A stretch of 63,991 nucleotides of DNA, filler included, from Olpidium bornovanus S191 (GCA_017911155.1; 26 parts of 26 records of this genome joined end to end with filler, not necessarily neighbours in it), one strand, 5' to 3'. Shown: positions 33,167-45,365, counted from the whole stretch's first letter. The notes: a model not told the origin generated them from the letters alone. A program made the numbers and translations.

Positions 33167-36100
33167 ATGCCGCCGCCGCACAAGCTGAACCACAGGGTCG
33201 TGCTGCACGTCGTACGTCGCGCGCCAGGAAACGGCAACGTCGCCAGCGGCAACTTTGGTGGTTCCACGGAATTACGCCGATGTTGCAACTGCGGAAACTA
33301 CTGGGTGCCTTACCCCTGACATCCTCGTCGTGTCCCTACCGCTTTGCCCATGTGTGAACGCATCCGGCGGCAAACCGTAGGACTTAGGTAATTGAATAGA
33401 TTGATCCATTGGTCGCCGAACATTGCCGTCGAGTTGATGACGGCGAACCCCAGTACTTATTGATCCGTTAAGATGCCTTCTGTAGGTGTGCCCTCCATGA
33501 CGCCTTTGCGGGTTGGAGCGCTCAAGAGAGAGGGCACTCTTGACGTCTCTGCCGTGATGCATGCAAACGTGTCAGACGCGCAGGTCGAGCAAGTCCGGCT
33601 AGGACTTCCAAAAGACCAACCTCTTGCCGTGCAGCAATGGGTTGGTTAAGCGTTGCAAATTACCCGGTCGTTAAAGAGTAGGAAAATGGATGGCAACAAT
33701 CGTTAACCTTGTTTTCGCTCTTCAGAACGGTTTGATTGCAGTCAACTACCCGTCCCGAGCTTTTGGTATCAAACGGTGAGAGCTTACCGGCCAAACATTT
33801 TTGGAACCGTGTGTGCCTTTCCGCTGAGAGTGAAGCGTCCGAACCCCTGGTTGAACTTGTAGGCACACAAGTCCTGCGGAAGCCCGCGAGAAATGTCCAC
33901 GTTAGGGCCAGATGATGAACGAGCTTTGGTTGTGTTCGCCGGATATTGGTCCTGACGTACACCATCGTAATCACGTTAGACATCCGCCTCGTGCACGTGG
34001 CAACTTACGGAAATGGGGACGTGGAGCCACGATACCACGATAATCCCACTATTGCCACCCACAAAGTTTCGCTGGAGGTAAAGCTGCGCAGTGTCTGAGT
34101 ACCAGAGTACCAGCAACGTGTTCCAGCAGAGCTTTGACATCGCTGACATTGCTCTTGTTCAAGCCCTACCGGCACGCCAGCCAGGCCATCTTTAGGATCT
34201 TCAAGTCGTACCCGAATGTAATTTTGCAAAAAGCTGGTATCGACGAGGCGTTCATGGACGTGACCCAACTCGCTCGGGCGCGGATGGACGCGAAGTACGC
34301 CAACTCGGACGAGGCATGCCCGCCAAAAGTGGACTGGACGGGACTTGGCGTCGTGATCGGGTTGGACCCCAGCGTGGAACGAGAGCAGGGGGGTGCAGTT
34401 GAACGTGCCGGAGCGGAGGCGGATTGGCCTACGGAGGAAGCCGCGGCGGCGGCCATCGAATTGTCGCACGACGAGTTCGGAAACTGGGAGGAGGTCATGC
34501 TCGCGGAGGGCGCGATCTTCGCGTGCGAAATCCGCAAGCGGGTGTTTGACGAGCTGCACTACACGTGCTCCGCAGGTGCGTCGGCCACGCGCACGTGCTG
34601 AGAAACCGTGAGTGTGATTGGGGAGCCGTGAATTCAGTCCAATGACTTGGGCTGCCGTCACCGCCAGGAATTGTGCTTGATAGTAAGGTTTTGGCAAAAC
34701 TCTGCTCGGCAAAGAACAAACCGAATAATCAGGTGAGTCCAACAGTTGTACACCGGGCCCTTTTCCAGTAATTTGGCGGTGGTTCTAAGTGCACGATGTT
34801 TCGTTTAGAGCGTTTTAAGACCGAGCGAAACACTCTCCTTTGTTAAGGTAAGCAGGAATCCGCTGGTGAAGATTTCATCTGGCCCACCCACGTCTTTGAA
34901 ACGCTTGCGACGGTTTGCAGGAAATTCCGCTGAGCAAGCTCTGGAGCATGGGTGGTAAATTCGGTAACAGAGTCGAGACCGAGCTAAACGTGACGACTTG
35001 CGGTGACGTATGGTGCGTTCAACGTTTTTTTGTCCGGGGATGCGACCCGGATTTGCCTTACCAGGTTTGCTTTGAATGCAAGCTGAGGGTATGTTGTTAG
35101 AAAGGCAGTTTAGTCTGACGGACCTCCAGCGACGGTTCGGCCACTCGGAGGGAGCATTTGTTTACGACTTGGTCCGCGGCATTGACAAAGACGAAGGTCG
35201 GTGAAAATGCGTGCCATTTTCGGTTTTAGATTCGTCTTCAGCCTGTCGTGGCAAACCTGACTACCAATGTCCCTTCTCTCAGTAGTTGTAAGGGGCGCCG
35301 CCAAGTCGATGATGGCGGCCAAATCTCTGCGCCCCCCGGTGATGAACGTCCAGCAAGCTGAGCACTGGGTTGGGATCCTGTCTTCGGAACTATTCACGCG
35401 ATTGCGCGACGAGTTCGATGACAACCAACGATGGCCGAAGACGCTTGTCCTGCAGTTTACGCCGACCGACGGCGGACGCGATCGCTCACGCTCGGGGCCT
35501 TTTCCACCCCGCCACGACGTCACTAGCCCGGAAGCCATCGCGCAAAGAGCTATGAGGCTTCTTCTTGGCCAACAGTACGTTTCGGGAAACCCGACGGCGG
35601 CTAGGCAAGGGCAAGGCCACGAGCCGGGCTTGGCAAACGCGTTGCCTTGCTCAAGATTTGCTCTCAGCGCCACGGGGCTCGAAAAGGTCGAGGGCTGGAA
35701 GAGCAAGGCAATTGAACAATACTTTGCGAAGGGCGCGGCGCAAGCTAGCCCTGTGGGGCATCCGGCCAAAGAAGACGGCCCTTCGTCCACCCGCCAGCAG
35801 GCGGCGCAGAACGCCCCGCGGACGCCGAAGGGCATCGCGGCATTCTTCCAACCGAAACCGACGTTGGCGACGACGTCGCCTTCAGCGACTGTTTCCGCCA
35901 GGGGCCCCGGAAAAGCAGTGCAGCCTAAAGATGAACGACAGCCCCCTCCGCCGGAGGGTACGACGCAGGCCGCGTCGATCAGCACCTCCTCAGAAAAACC
36001 GTTCGCCCTTTCTGGTGGCGACGACGAAGGGCCGGATAACACAGGCGACGGGAAGAACGGAGAGTGGACGTGCGAGAAATGTGGGCAAAAATTCCGGCAG

Positions 36101-36334
36101 GAGCAGATGGCGGAGGTAAAGAGAAACAATCTGCTTCGAAGCTTCTTTAAGCAGTGCGATCTTGATTTTCCCGTTGCCCATTTTTTATATATATCATTTC
36201 CGCCTTCCCTCTGTTCCGTGTGACACTCGCAAACCTGTTTTTTTTTTTTTTTTTTTCCCCCGTTTTTTTTTTCTTTTTCGTAATTCCGACTTTTTTGCTC
36301 TTTTCCGGGAGACCCCCCCGAACCTAACCCCGAA

Positions 36335-36368
<34 letters not shown>

Positions 36369-36643
36369 TCCGTCCCTTTTTCCTGCTCGGGGAACCGCGT
36401 TTTCGCGGACCGCACCAAAAGCATAAGGACTACCACTTCGCCCTCGACCTCGACCGGTCCAAACGCTCCGGCACCGCGTCCGGCAGCGCGGTTTCTCCGC
36501 GGCCGCCGAAGCGGCCGAACGGTCCGTCGGCGGCCGGCAAAACCGGGGGGAAGCGGCGGGCGAGCGGCGGGCGTTCAGCGCCCAGCCGGCCCTCGCAGGA
36601 TATCAAGAGGCGCATGGAGGATTTGTTTTCTAAGCGAACGTAG
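33167..36643 (+). CDS. RAD30: DNA polymerase eta (Y-family), apparently complete, many introns
   Basis: Spliced: HRVVLHV|DL D|AF Y|AQVEQVRLGLPKDQPLAVQQW|NGLIAVNYPSRAFGIKR|...HKVSLE|PYRHAS...KAGIDEAFMD...ELHYTCSAG|...NKVLAKLCSAKNKPNNQ...GGKFG; little finger KSMMAAKSL...RWPKTL; UBZ CEKCG...HKDYHFALDL; PIP-like C-terminus RRMEDLFSK. Confidence 0.95.
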
Positions 36644-37268
36644 AACGGCAAAAAGGGAAAATTCGTTTCCCTCCCTATCTTGCACGCCCGCTCCGCTCCT
36701 TCCCCCCCCCCCCCCCTCCCCCCCCCCCCCCCCACCCCCTCCCCCCCTCTTCCCCTCCGCCGTTCCATTCGTTTCTCTTGTTCATTTGACCCATCTCCGA
36801 GGATTATTATCATCACGTGCACAAAACAACAGCCGGGGCCGACCTTCCCTCTGGTTTTTTTTTTGTAAAACCAAGTGTATTTTGCGCGCACGTAAAATCT
36901 GGCGATTGATCGAGCATAGACGTGGGCCAAATCGCAACGAGGAAATCTGACTACATTTCTCAGCACCTGAACCCCTGCGCCGGCCGTCTTCCCCTCCCCC
37001 AAGGCGATGCCGTCGATCAGCCGGAAATGCGAGAGGCGGCGCTCACACAATTAGTTTCTTAAAGCGGGAAGGGGAAGGGGGAGGGGAAGGTTTCCAAGCG
37101 GAATATCTAGAAATGTGTATTTTACTAGTACAGTCTTCGAATCGCCGAAAGCGGCGGAGACGCGCGCGCCACCGTGATTTACTTTAGAGAAAACGGCGTG
37201 CAGATGCGCCCAAAAGGGCAGAGTAGGGCGAAAAGCGATTGTCGGGGAAGGGCAAGGTGCGTGTGTGT

Positions 37269-37347
<79 letters not shown>

Positions 37348-37553
37348 CGGGNNNNNNNNNNNNNNNNNNNNNNNNNNNNNNNNNNNNNNNNNNNNTTAAT
37401 TAATTAANNNNNNNNNNNNNNNNNNNNNNNNNNNNNNNNNNNNNNNNNNNNAAAAAAATTTTTTTTGTTTTTTTTTTTTTTTTTTTTTTTTGACTTCGGC
37501 TTCCCGCGGCCATTTTAACCATCCTGTTTCCTTCCCCCGCGGGATGGACACAG

Positions 37554-38719
37554 GGGTTACACGGCGACGGCGGATTTGCTGGAACCGTCGGGCGTCGTCA
37601 AGCAGCTTAACGAGTTTTTCACTGCTGTCCACAACGCGGTGGAATCACAGGGCGGGGTCTTCGACCGGTGCATCGGCGACGGCGCCCTGGGCGTGTTCGG
37701 CGCCCCGTTCCCAAGCGGCGCCAACCCGGTGGAAGCCGTTCTCGCCGCGCTGCAGCTGAAGGCCGAGGTCGACGCCGCGAATAAGAAAAGGCGGTCCGGC
37801 GGCCTGCCGACCTACAAATACGGCGTCGGGATAACGACAGGTTCGGGTAGTCGGCGAAATTTTTTTTTGGGGGGGGCATTTTTTTGTGTTTAGGTTGTAC
37901 AGGAAGTCGGAATCCGGTCCACGGCGACTCGGAACGTTTTGACGGTGTCCTCTGAATCGGATAAGTCCCCACTCCGCGCTGACGTCCTGGCACAACGCAG
38001 GACCCATTTTGTCCGGGATACTCGGATCAGCGAAGAGGCCCGACTATACCGGTACTTCGTCCGCCACAATCCACGTTATACCGAAGCGCGGTCAAAAATC
38101 CTTCTCTTCGCTGTTTTCATTGGGTTATCGCATCCCCCGTCTCTCTTAAATATTTTATGATTGCGTTTCATTTTACAGTGATTGGCTCGGCAATCAAAAC
38201 CGCGTTTCGCGTGGAGGCGGCCACAAGAGAATACGGGTGCTGCATCCTCATCTGCGACGCGACACGCAACCTGGTCAAGGACAAGTTCCATTTGAGGGAG
38301 GTTGACCGTGTGATGGCAAAAGGCGTCCCGAAGCCTATCACGCTGTACGAGGTATCAACGGGGGCTCGTTTACTGTGCAGCATCCCCACCCTTCCCCACA
38401 AACCCCACAGCCGCGGACGCCTGATTGGACAATTTTTTTAACCATTCTCTGTGTGGGGGCCCGTTGCCGCAAACAGGTCCTCGACAAGTCCACGACGGAG
38501 CTTGAGACAGACACCGAGACGGCCGTCATATGTTTCGAACTCGGGCTGGGAGAGTACCGCGAGCAAAACTGGGAGGGCGCGCTTTCTAACTTCGGCAGAG
38601 CCGTTCAGCTCCTGGACGACGGCCCCAGCAAGGCTTTCATAGACCGGTGCAAGCTCCTCATGGACCGCCGCACCAGCTTTCCCGACCAATGGGACGGGGT
38701 GTACAACCGTTCGACTTAA
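37554..38719 (+). CDS. Class III nucleotidyl cyclase domain of bacterial type with C-terminal TPR-like tail (3' part of gene)
   Basis: Spliced: GYTATADLLEPSGVVKQLNEFF...VFDRCIGDGALGVFGAP...GVGITT|GPILSGILGSAKRPDYT|VIGSAIKTAFRVEAATREYG..ILIC...REVDRVMAKGVPKPITLYE|...GLGEYREQNWEGALSNF...DGPSKAFIDRC...WDGVY*. Confidence 0.88.
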
Positions 38720-38879
38720 ATGCAAGGGACCTGCAAACAGCCGGCGGGCACGACCAAGCCGTCAGCTTCCTCCCACTCCNNNNNNNNNNNNNNNNNNNNN
38801 NNNNNNNNNNNNNNNNNNNNNNNTTAATTAATTAANNNNNNNNNNNNNNNNNNNNNNNNNNNNNNNNNNNNNNNNNNNN

Positions 38880-39941
38880 CATGGTTCCGAATGGGATCAG
38901 CTCCTGAGAAGAACCGGAAAAAAAATATCAAACGTTTATTTATTATGAGTTAGCTACTCAAAAGTACAGTTTTTTTTTGAATCTCGTTCGAATCGAGCAA
39001 AATCAGCTACCGCACCATCGACTTTCCCCAGAACTTGGCCTTGACTCTTGAATCGTGCCAATACACCCACTCCTCTGACTCGGCGTGGCACTACACCAGA
39101 GAAACCAAAAGGCCATCGGCGTTCACCGTTCCAATGAGGGGGCGCACGGGAAACAGCAATTTGGGAACAACCAGATGATCACGTACCGCGGTTATGACAG
39201 GGTAATGGCTGACTTTCTCGGCAATGAAACGAAAGCCTGGCGCAAAAACAGCAGCTCTAGACCAGAAGGGAGGCCGCAACAGGACGCAAACGTGACAGAA
39301 GAAACCAGGGCGTGCCAATGCTCACCTTTATCTTCCCGAACCAGCTCGTACGTCTCCCCGAGCATGGGGTTGAAAGGCTTCCGGGCCCCTCGTCCGTTCG
39401 AGTAGCCGGATACGACAAACGCGGCGACGTAGAGCATCCGGGTCGCAGAGTCGGCTTGCTTGCACGCAATGTCAAGCAGCTCCGAGTACTCCAGGTTCTC
39501 CGCCAGCTTTTGCAGTATGGAGATGGGCTCACTGGTGGTGACCGGCATGGGTATGGTCGAGAAGTCCTTTCCGACGTTCTTCCGGAAAATGGACACAATC
39601 GAAGCCGTTTCGACACAGGCGGTAGCGGGCAGAAGGTGCCGCCGCTGCACGGGAGCGGCGAACGACGCCCGGACGGGCACGGTGCTCGGCGGTGCGGCAT
39701 CGGTGGTCACCGAGTCCTTTGGGACGCGGCCCGCCGCCGAGAGCCTCCCCATGCCGGACTTCCCGGTTCCATTGCGAGCCTCAAACATGTCGGACGAAAA
39801 ATCTTCCTCATCGTCGTCAACTTCGTCGTCCTCATCTTCCCGCTGCGCGTCACCGACGTTGTTATCGTCCTCGTCCAAGCTATCGTCTTCCAGAACGATC
39901 TCCCTGGCGTCGAAAAACTCGTCGTCTCCGGTGACGTTCAG
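38880..39941 (-). CDS. Oxysterol-binding protein (Osh3/ORP3-like), internal fragment with FFAT motif
   Basis: EFFDAREI (FFAT) plus an acidic tract; RKNVGKDFSTIPMPVTTSEPISILQKLAENLEYSELLD; RKPFNPMLGETYE; EKVSHYP; |CHAES...KFWGKSM|ELIPFG. Confidence 0.93.
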
Positions 39942-40219
39942 NNNNNNNNNNNNNNNNNNNNNNNNNNNNNNNNNNNNNNNNNNNNTTAATTAATTAANNN
40001 NNNNNNNNNNNNNNNNNNNNNNNNNNNNNNNNNNNNNNNNNGTGCAGGGGAGAGTTTATTTCGTGTGTGTTTTTTCCTGCGGAATAGAAAAAGGGGGGGG
40101 GGCCCAGAAAAAAAAAAAAAAAAAAAAAAAAAAAACAATAAAGCATCCGGTCGTTTATTTGCTGACGCCGCAAATACAAAAAAAAAAAAAATTGGGCGCG
40201 GCGAAACACGTGCTTCCAG

Positions 40220-41508
40220 GTGAGCCCGATCAAAAGCACGTACGACTTGTGGGACGACACGCTGCTGGTGGGAGAGATCAACCTGGAGGTGACGTTCAAC
40301 TATGGGGAATTTGGCTACGGATATTCTGTTCAGGTAAAAAGCAAAACCAGGCGTCTCTCTCTCTCTCTCTCTCTCTCCCCCTTTCTCTCTCCCTCTCTCC
40401 CCTTTCAACCCCCTACCCCCCTTTTGCGGGTTGTAGTGACTGGTCTGACAAGCGGGGATTTTCGCCGCGTTTTGCTCATAAAAGAGTGTGATCTAAAACC
40501 CAGATGTTGGAACCAAACGTGGAGGCGGATGATCTCGTCCGGTACTCGCTGTTCCCGAGAATAAACCCGATGCCGGACGAGACGGACTTCGAGAGCCACG
40601 TTCTTCAAGTGAAAGCCGTGGCGCACCCGAGCTTCATCCCGTTTAAATCGCGGGTTCACCTCAGCTACGGGAAGGAGATAGGTCCGCGGGTCCCCGAAAG
40701 TGCCCGGCAGAGCTTGGTCGAGAAAGGCTCACGTCCGGGATCGCACGCCGCTACCTTCCCCCACAAACCCTTCTTTCGCCCAGAAAATTGCATTTCCCCG
40801 TTCTCACGTATTCTCTCTCTCTCCTCTCTCTTTCTCCCGTCACTTTCCCCTGCTTTGGCAAAAAAAAAAAAAAAAAAAAAAAGGCGAGTCGCTCTACAAC
40901 AGTCAGCCCCAGAGAAACAACCCGTCCTTCATGGCCCAAGAAGAACTTGAAGAGCTGACAAAATTCAGGGACAAATATTATGACATCAACGACAGGCCCG
41001 CGAGGCTCTTGATGCTGTACAGGCGGATCGCGGAAACCAGCGCGGTGCGATTCACGCTCCCGGGGTGTCGGCGAGCGCGCGGTCGTTTACCATGTTTCTT
41101 CGAGCTTGGGGGAGGAGACCGCCCGTTGTGTCTCTCTCTCTTTCTCTCCCTATTTCCCTTAACCCTTTTCCCCGCTTTCCTCCTCGCGCAAAAAAAAAAA
41201 AAAAAAAAAATTAGCCCGACGAAGCCATCACGACGTCCACTGACCCGCTGCCCGACAGCGAGAGCAACCACCCGTACGGCTACTCCCGCTTCGTGCAGCC
41301 CGTCGTGGCGCTGAGGCCGCGCAAAGACAGCAAGGACTTCCTGGCGGCGACGAAGCGGCGGATGACGAACGCCTTCGTGGGCGAAGAGGTCGACGTGGTG
41401 GAGTCGCCGAGGCACACGGGGCGGCAGGGGACGACGCCCATCCAGGACGCGTGGCGGAAGTTCAAGGACGGGCCGAACAGGAAGGACGCGAGGGTGCACC
41501 CTATGTAG
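40220..41508 (+). CDS. C2CD6/ALS2CR11 (CatSper-tau)-like protein, 3' part, multi-exon
   Basis: VGEINLEVTFNYGEFGYGYSVQ|...LVRYSLFPRINPMPDETD...AVAHPSFI resembles, from memory, the segment following the C2 domain in C2CD6. Spliced exons end in RVHPM*. Confidence 0.5.
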
Positions 41509-41733
41509 AGCGACGGAGTGGGGGGGGAGGGCCGAAGGCGGTGGGCGAGGACATCTCAAAAAGCAAAAAATTTTCCGCGAACCGCTCGGGCGGAGGCGGG
41601 CCGCTCTGTTGAAACAAAGGGGGCGGTGCCCGCGTGGCTCCGGCGGAAATCCCCCGTTCACCCCTTTCCTCCTTTCGTAAACCCGCAACACCTTTGAAGT
41701 ACAAATAGGCCCGTATTCCGTAGAGATTCTACA
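41504..41733 (+). mobile_element. Putative 5' LTR of a Gypsy element
   Basis: Starts TGTAGA and ends TCTACA (6-bp terminal inverted repeat, TG...CA) and lies just upstream of a gag ORF. No second LTR is available to confirm, and no obvious tRNA PBS. Confidence 0.4.
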
Positions 41734-41831
41734 ACTCAGCGACCAGCTCAAAACAAAATGAGTTCCCGGTCTTCCCTCCAAAAGGGCGCCGTTATTGTCT
41801 TCCCGTCCTCGTCCCTGTTCGGCCACTGCCC

Positions 41832-42752
41832 GTGGAAGTAAAAGTCCTTCAGGTTATGAGCCCAACCGTCCGACCCTCCGAACACGACTCGGGGCGCGGA
41901 ACCATGCCGGGGGCCCTCCAAGCCCCAGAAAGGCACGGCACGACGGCCTCTACCGCCTCCAGACGGTTCCGGACCTATGCTGACTCCGTGACGGCACTCA
42001 GGGAACGTCATCGAAGAGAGGAAGAGCAGCAACGCCACGCTGAGGAACTAGAGGAGCTGCGCCAAGAACTGGCACGAGAAAGAGCAAAGACGGAGAGGGA
42101 GAAAGCCCGCCGTACTCGCGCTGAAGAGCGCAACAAAGCCATGGAAGCACTACTCCAGGAAAGGGAGGAGTGGGACGACGACGAACCACGGGACGAAGAC
42201 CGTGAAGCGGTGGAAAGGACCCGAAGGGAACGCGTCGAGCGGTTCCTGAATGACGACCTAAACACGGCGCCATACAGGGAGCACGAACGACTTGCCCCTG
42301 CCCCGCAAAGGAAAGAAACAGGGGAGTTCAGTGAGGTCCTAGCACGAATGATGCTGGGAAGTGTACCGACCTACAACGGTGATGGCAGAGCCCCCGCACT
42401 GCTGGCCTTCTGCAACAAACTCGAAATGGCAGCAGAACAAGCACAATTGACCAACAAGGAGACAGTAACGCTAGCCGTCAACAGATTAACCGGCGACGCG
42501 GCCACCCTCTGGTTGAGTCACGCAAAGGGGTACCCAAGAGGCGACCATCGACGCTGGTCAAGTTGGGAACAACTGCGAGAAGGGCTGAGCAGTATTTTCT
42601 ACCCGAAAGAACACGCCCAAACCATCATCGCTACCCTCCTAAAGCTCACGCAAAGCGGATGCGGAGACGACCTGGAACGGTACATACGAAGCTTCAACTC
42701 GGCCTTCCTGCAGCTGCCGGCACCCAGAGACCAGAGGCTTTGGGCCTACCAC
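41832..42752 (+). mobile_element. Ty3/Gypsy gag ORF (Retrotrans_gag/capsid), truncated by gap
   Basis: Coiled coil, then VPTYNGD...LTGDAATLW...WSSWEQLREGLSSIFYP...LLKLTQSG..LERYIRSF. Confidence 0.85.
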
Positions 42753-42852
42753 NNNNNNNNNNNNNNNNNNNNNNNNNNNNNNNNNNNNNNNNNNNNTTAA
42801 TTAATTAANNNNNNNNNNNNNNNNNNNNNNNNNNNNNNNNNNNNNNNNNNNN

Positions 42853-42900
<48 letters not shown>

Positions 42901-43001
42901 CGGGCCCCGGTGTTTCAGGACGGTGCCTAGGCCGCAGTTCTCCCTCCAACCCCGAATGTTCTGGCTTCGAGCGTTAGGCCCCCGCGCGCGTCGTGCACAC
43001 G

Positions 43002-43038
<37 letters not shown>

Positions 43039-43040
<2 letters not shown>

Positions 43041-44814
43041 GCTTCGTGATCTCCTCCTGCTCTTCCCGGGCGAAATTGGCGAAATGGTCGTATTTCGTCC
43101 CGATCAAGAACGGGATCGCCGTCTGGGCAGGAAGCCGCAAAGGAAGTGTCGTACATCCAGCCGCGCGGGTTTGAACAAGGAGGGAAAAGTGAGACAGATA
43201 GGGAGAGGGAGGGGGAGAGAAAGATAAGGGAAGGGAGAGGGATGGTGGAGAGAGAAAACGAGGGAGAGAGGGAGAAAGAGAGGGAGAGAGAGAGAAAGTG
43301 AGAGAGAGAGTGAACGAGAGTGAGAGAGAAAGAGAGAGAGAGAGAGTGAGAGTGAGTGAACGAGAGTAAGAGAGAAAGTGAGTGAGTGAGTGAGAGAGTA
43401 AACGAGAGTGAGAGAGAAAGCGAGAGAGAGAGAGAGAGCGAGAAACAGAGAGAAAGAGAGCGAGAAAGGGAGAGAGCGAAAAAAAAAGAGGGAGACAGAA
43501 ACAGAGAGGCGGTGAGCAGTTGAAAAAAATTGCGCCGTTTCGCGCGGCAGGAAGCGGTGCAGCCGCCAGGTCCGAAACGATCCCCCCTCTCTCCTTTCTT
43601 TTTCCTCTCCCCCCCCCCTTCCCGGCGCCACCCCCCGTTCCGTCTCGTCGTTACCTTGTTGAATCCCCGGGCCTGTCTGTACCATTCCTTCACGCTGTTG
43701 AGGGTGCTTTTTCGGGAGAGGTCGAACATGAAGAGGATTGCCACCGCGTCGTTGCAGACAAGCGGCAGCATGTTCACGAACTCGCGCTGACCTGCGGTCC
43801 CCGCCGCCCCGCCCGGCCGTTCGTCAGCCCGGCCGTTCGTCCGCCCGCCCGGCCGCTCGTCAGCCCGGCCGCTCGTCAGCCCGGCCGTTCGTCCGCCCGC
43901 CCGGCCGCTCGTCAGCCCGCCCGGCCGCTCGTCAGCCCGGCCGCTCCTCAGCCCGGCCGTTCGTCCGCCCGCCCGGCCGTTCGTCAGCCCGGCCGTTCGT
44001 CCGCCCGCCCGGCCGCACCCCCCCTCCCCACCACCCGTAACATCGCGCGCGCGCGCGCGCGTGTCAGCCGGACGGCGAAGCAGGCATTCCTCCCCTCCCT
44101 CCCTCCCCTCAACCCCACCCACCCCACTCGCGGACCGCGAGCGCGTGGTTCTTCCACCGAGCCTCTCGCGACAACTTTTCAGTTTTTTTTTTTTTTTCTC
44201 TCTCTCTCTTTCTCTCTCCCGCTCTTTGTCCCCCGGCCCGGCCGTTCGGGGACGGACGGGGACGGACCCGGAGTGCCGGGAGAAGGCGACGCCGGCCGAA
44301 ATTACCGCCAAGGTCCCACACGCTGAAGGTGATCTCCGTGTTCCGGATCGATATCGTCTTCTCCATGAAATTGACGCCTGCGGGCCCGGAGGGGGAACGC
44401 CGATTCCGGCCGCGAAACAGAGGGGAGCGCGTGCGGCGTGTGTTCAGGAGCCGTGGCGGTTTCGCCGGGGGAAAAGGGGAGGGGGACTTCCCGCAAACCC
44501 AACCCAACCCACCGAGCGTCTGTATGTAGTCCTCGTCGAACGAGCCCTCGACGTACTTGACCATCAGCGAAGTCTTTCCGATCTGCGAATCGCCGACCAT
44601 CCCGACTTTGATGACGACGCTTCGAAGGGGCGGGGCGAGGCGAGAAAAGAAGAAAGAGGGGGAGAAATGGGGGAGAGAAGAGGAGGAGGGAGTGGGGCGG
44701 TGAGTCCGAAGGCAACGAGCGGCGAGGCGGCTCCGGTCGGGGGGCCGGGGGGCGGCGGCGGGCGGGCGGGCGGACGGGCGGGCACACACACCTGTTTTTC
44801 TTGTCTGCAGCCAT
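43039..44814 (-). CDS. SPG1: Septum-promoting GTPase Spg1/Tem1, multi-exon, 3'-truncated
   Basis: [34 protein letters not shown]|[24 protein letters not shown]|[46 protein letters not shown]|[12 protein letters not shown]. Confidence 0.96.
43805..44030. repeat. GC-rich minisatellite inside a SPG1 intron
   Basis: Repeated CAGCCCGGCCG(T/C)TCGT(CCGCCCGCCCGGCCG) units. Confidence 0.88.
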
Positions 44815-45055
44815 GACATGTATGAGTAGGACGGGGGGGGGGGCGCGCGCGCGGGAGGGAGTTGGGGCGGGCGCGGGATGTTTTATCTGCCTCTCTCCCA
44901 GTCTCTCTCCCAGTCTCTCTCTCTCTCTCTCTCTCTCTCAATCTCTCTGTGTGAGTGTGAGTGAGTGAGGGAGTGTGCGTGTGCGTGTGCGTGCGTGCGT
45001 GGGTGTGCGGGCGCGTGAGAGAGGGAAAAGAGAAAAAAAAGAGCGAAGCAGAAAC

Positions 45056-45059
<4 letters not shown>

Positions 45060-45090
<31 letters not shown>

Positions 45091-45127
45091 CAGAGAATGA
45101 GAGGATGAGAGAAAGAAAGAGAGAGAC

Positions 45128-45210
<83 letters not shown>

Positions 45211-45265
45211 AGAGAGAGCAGAGAGAGAGCAGAGAGAGAGCAGAGAGAGAAAGAGAGACAGCGAG
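45060..45265. repeat. (GA)n microsatellite
   Basis: Long AG dinucleotide run upstream of SPG1 at the contig end. Confidence 0.95.
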
Positions 45266-45365
45266 NNNNNNNNNNNNNNNNNNNNNNNNNNNNNNNNNNN
45301 NNNNNNNNNTTAATTAATTAANNNNNNNNNNNNNNNNNNNNNNNNNNNNNNNNNNNNNNNNNNNN

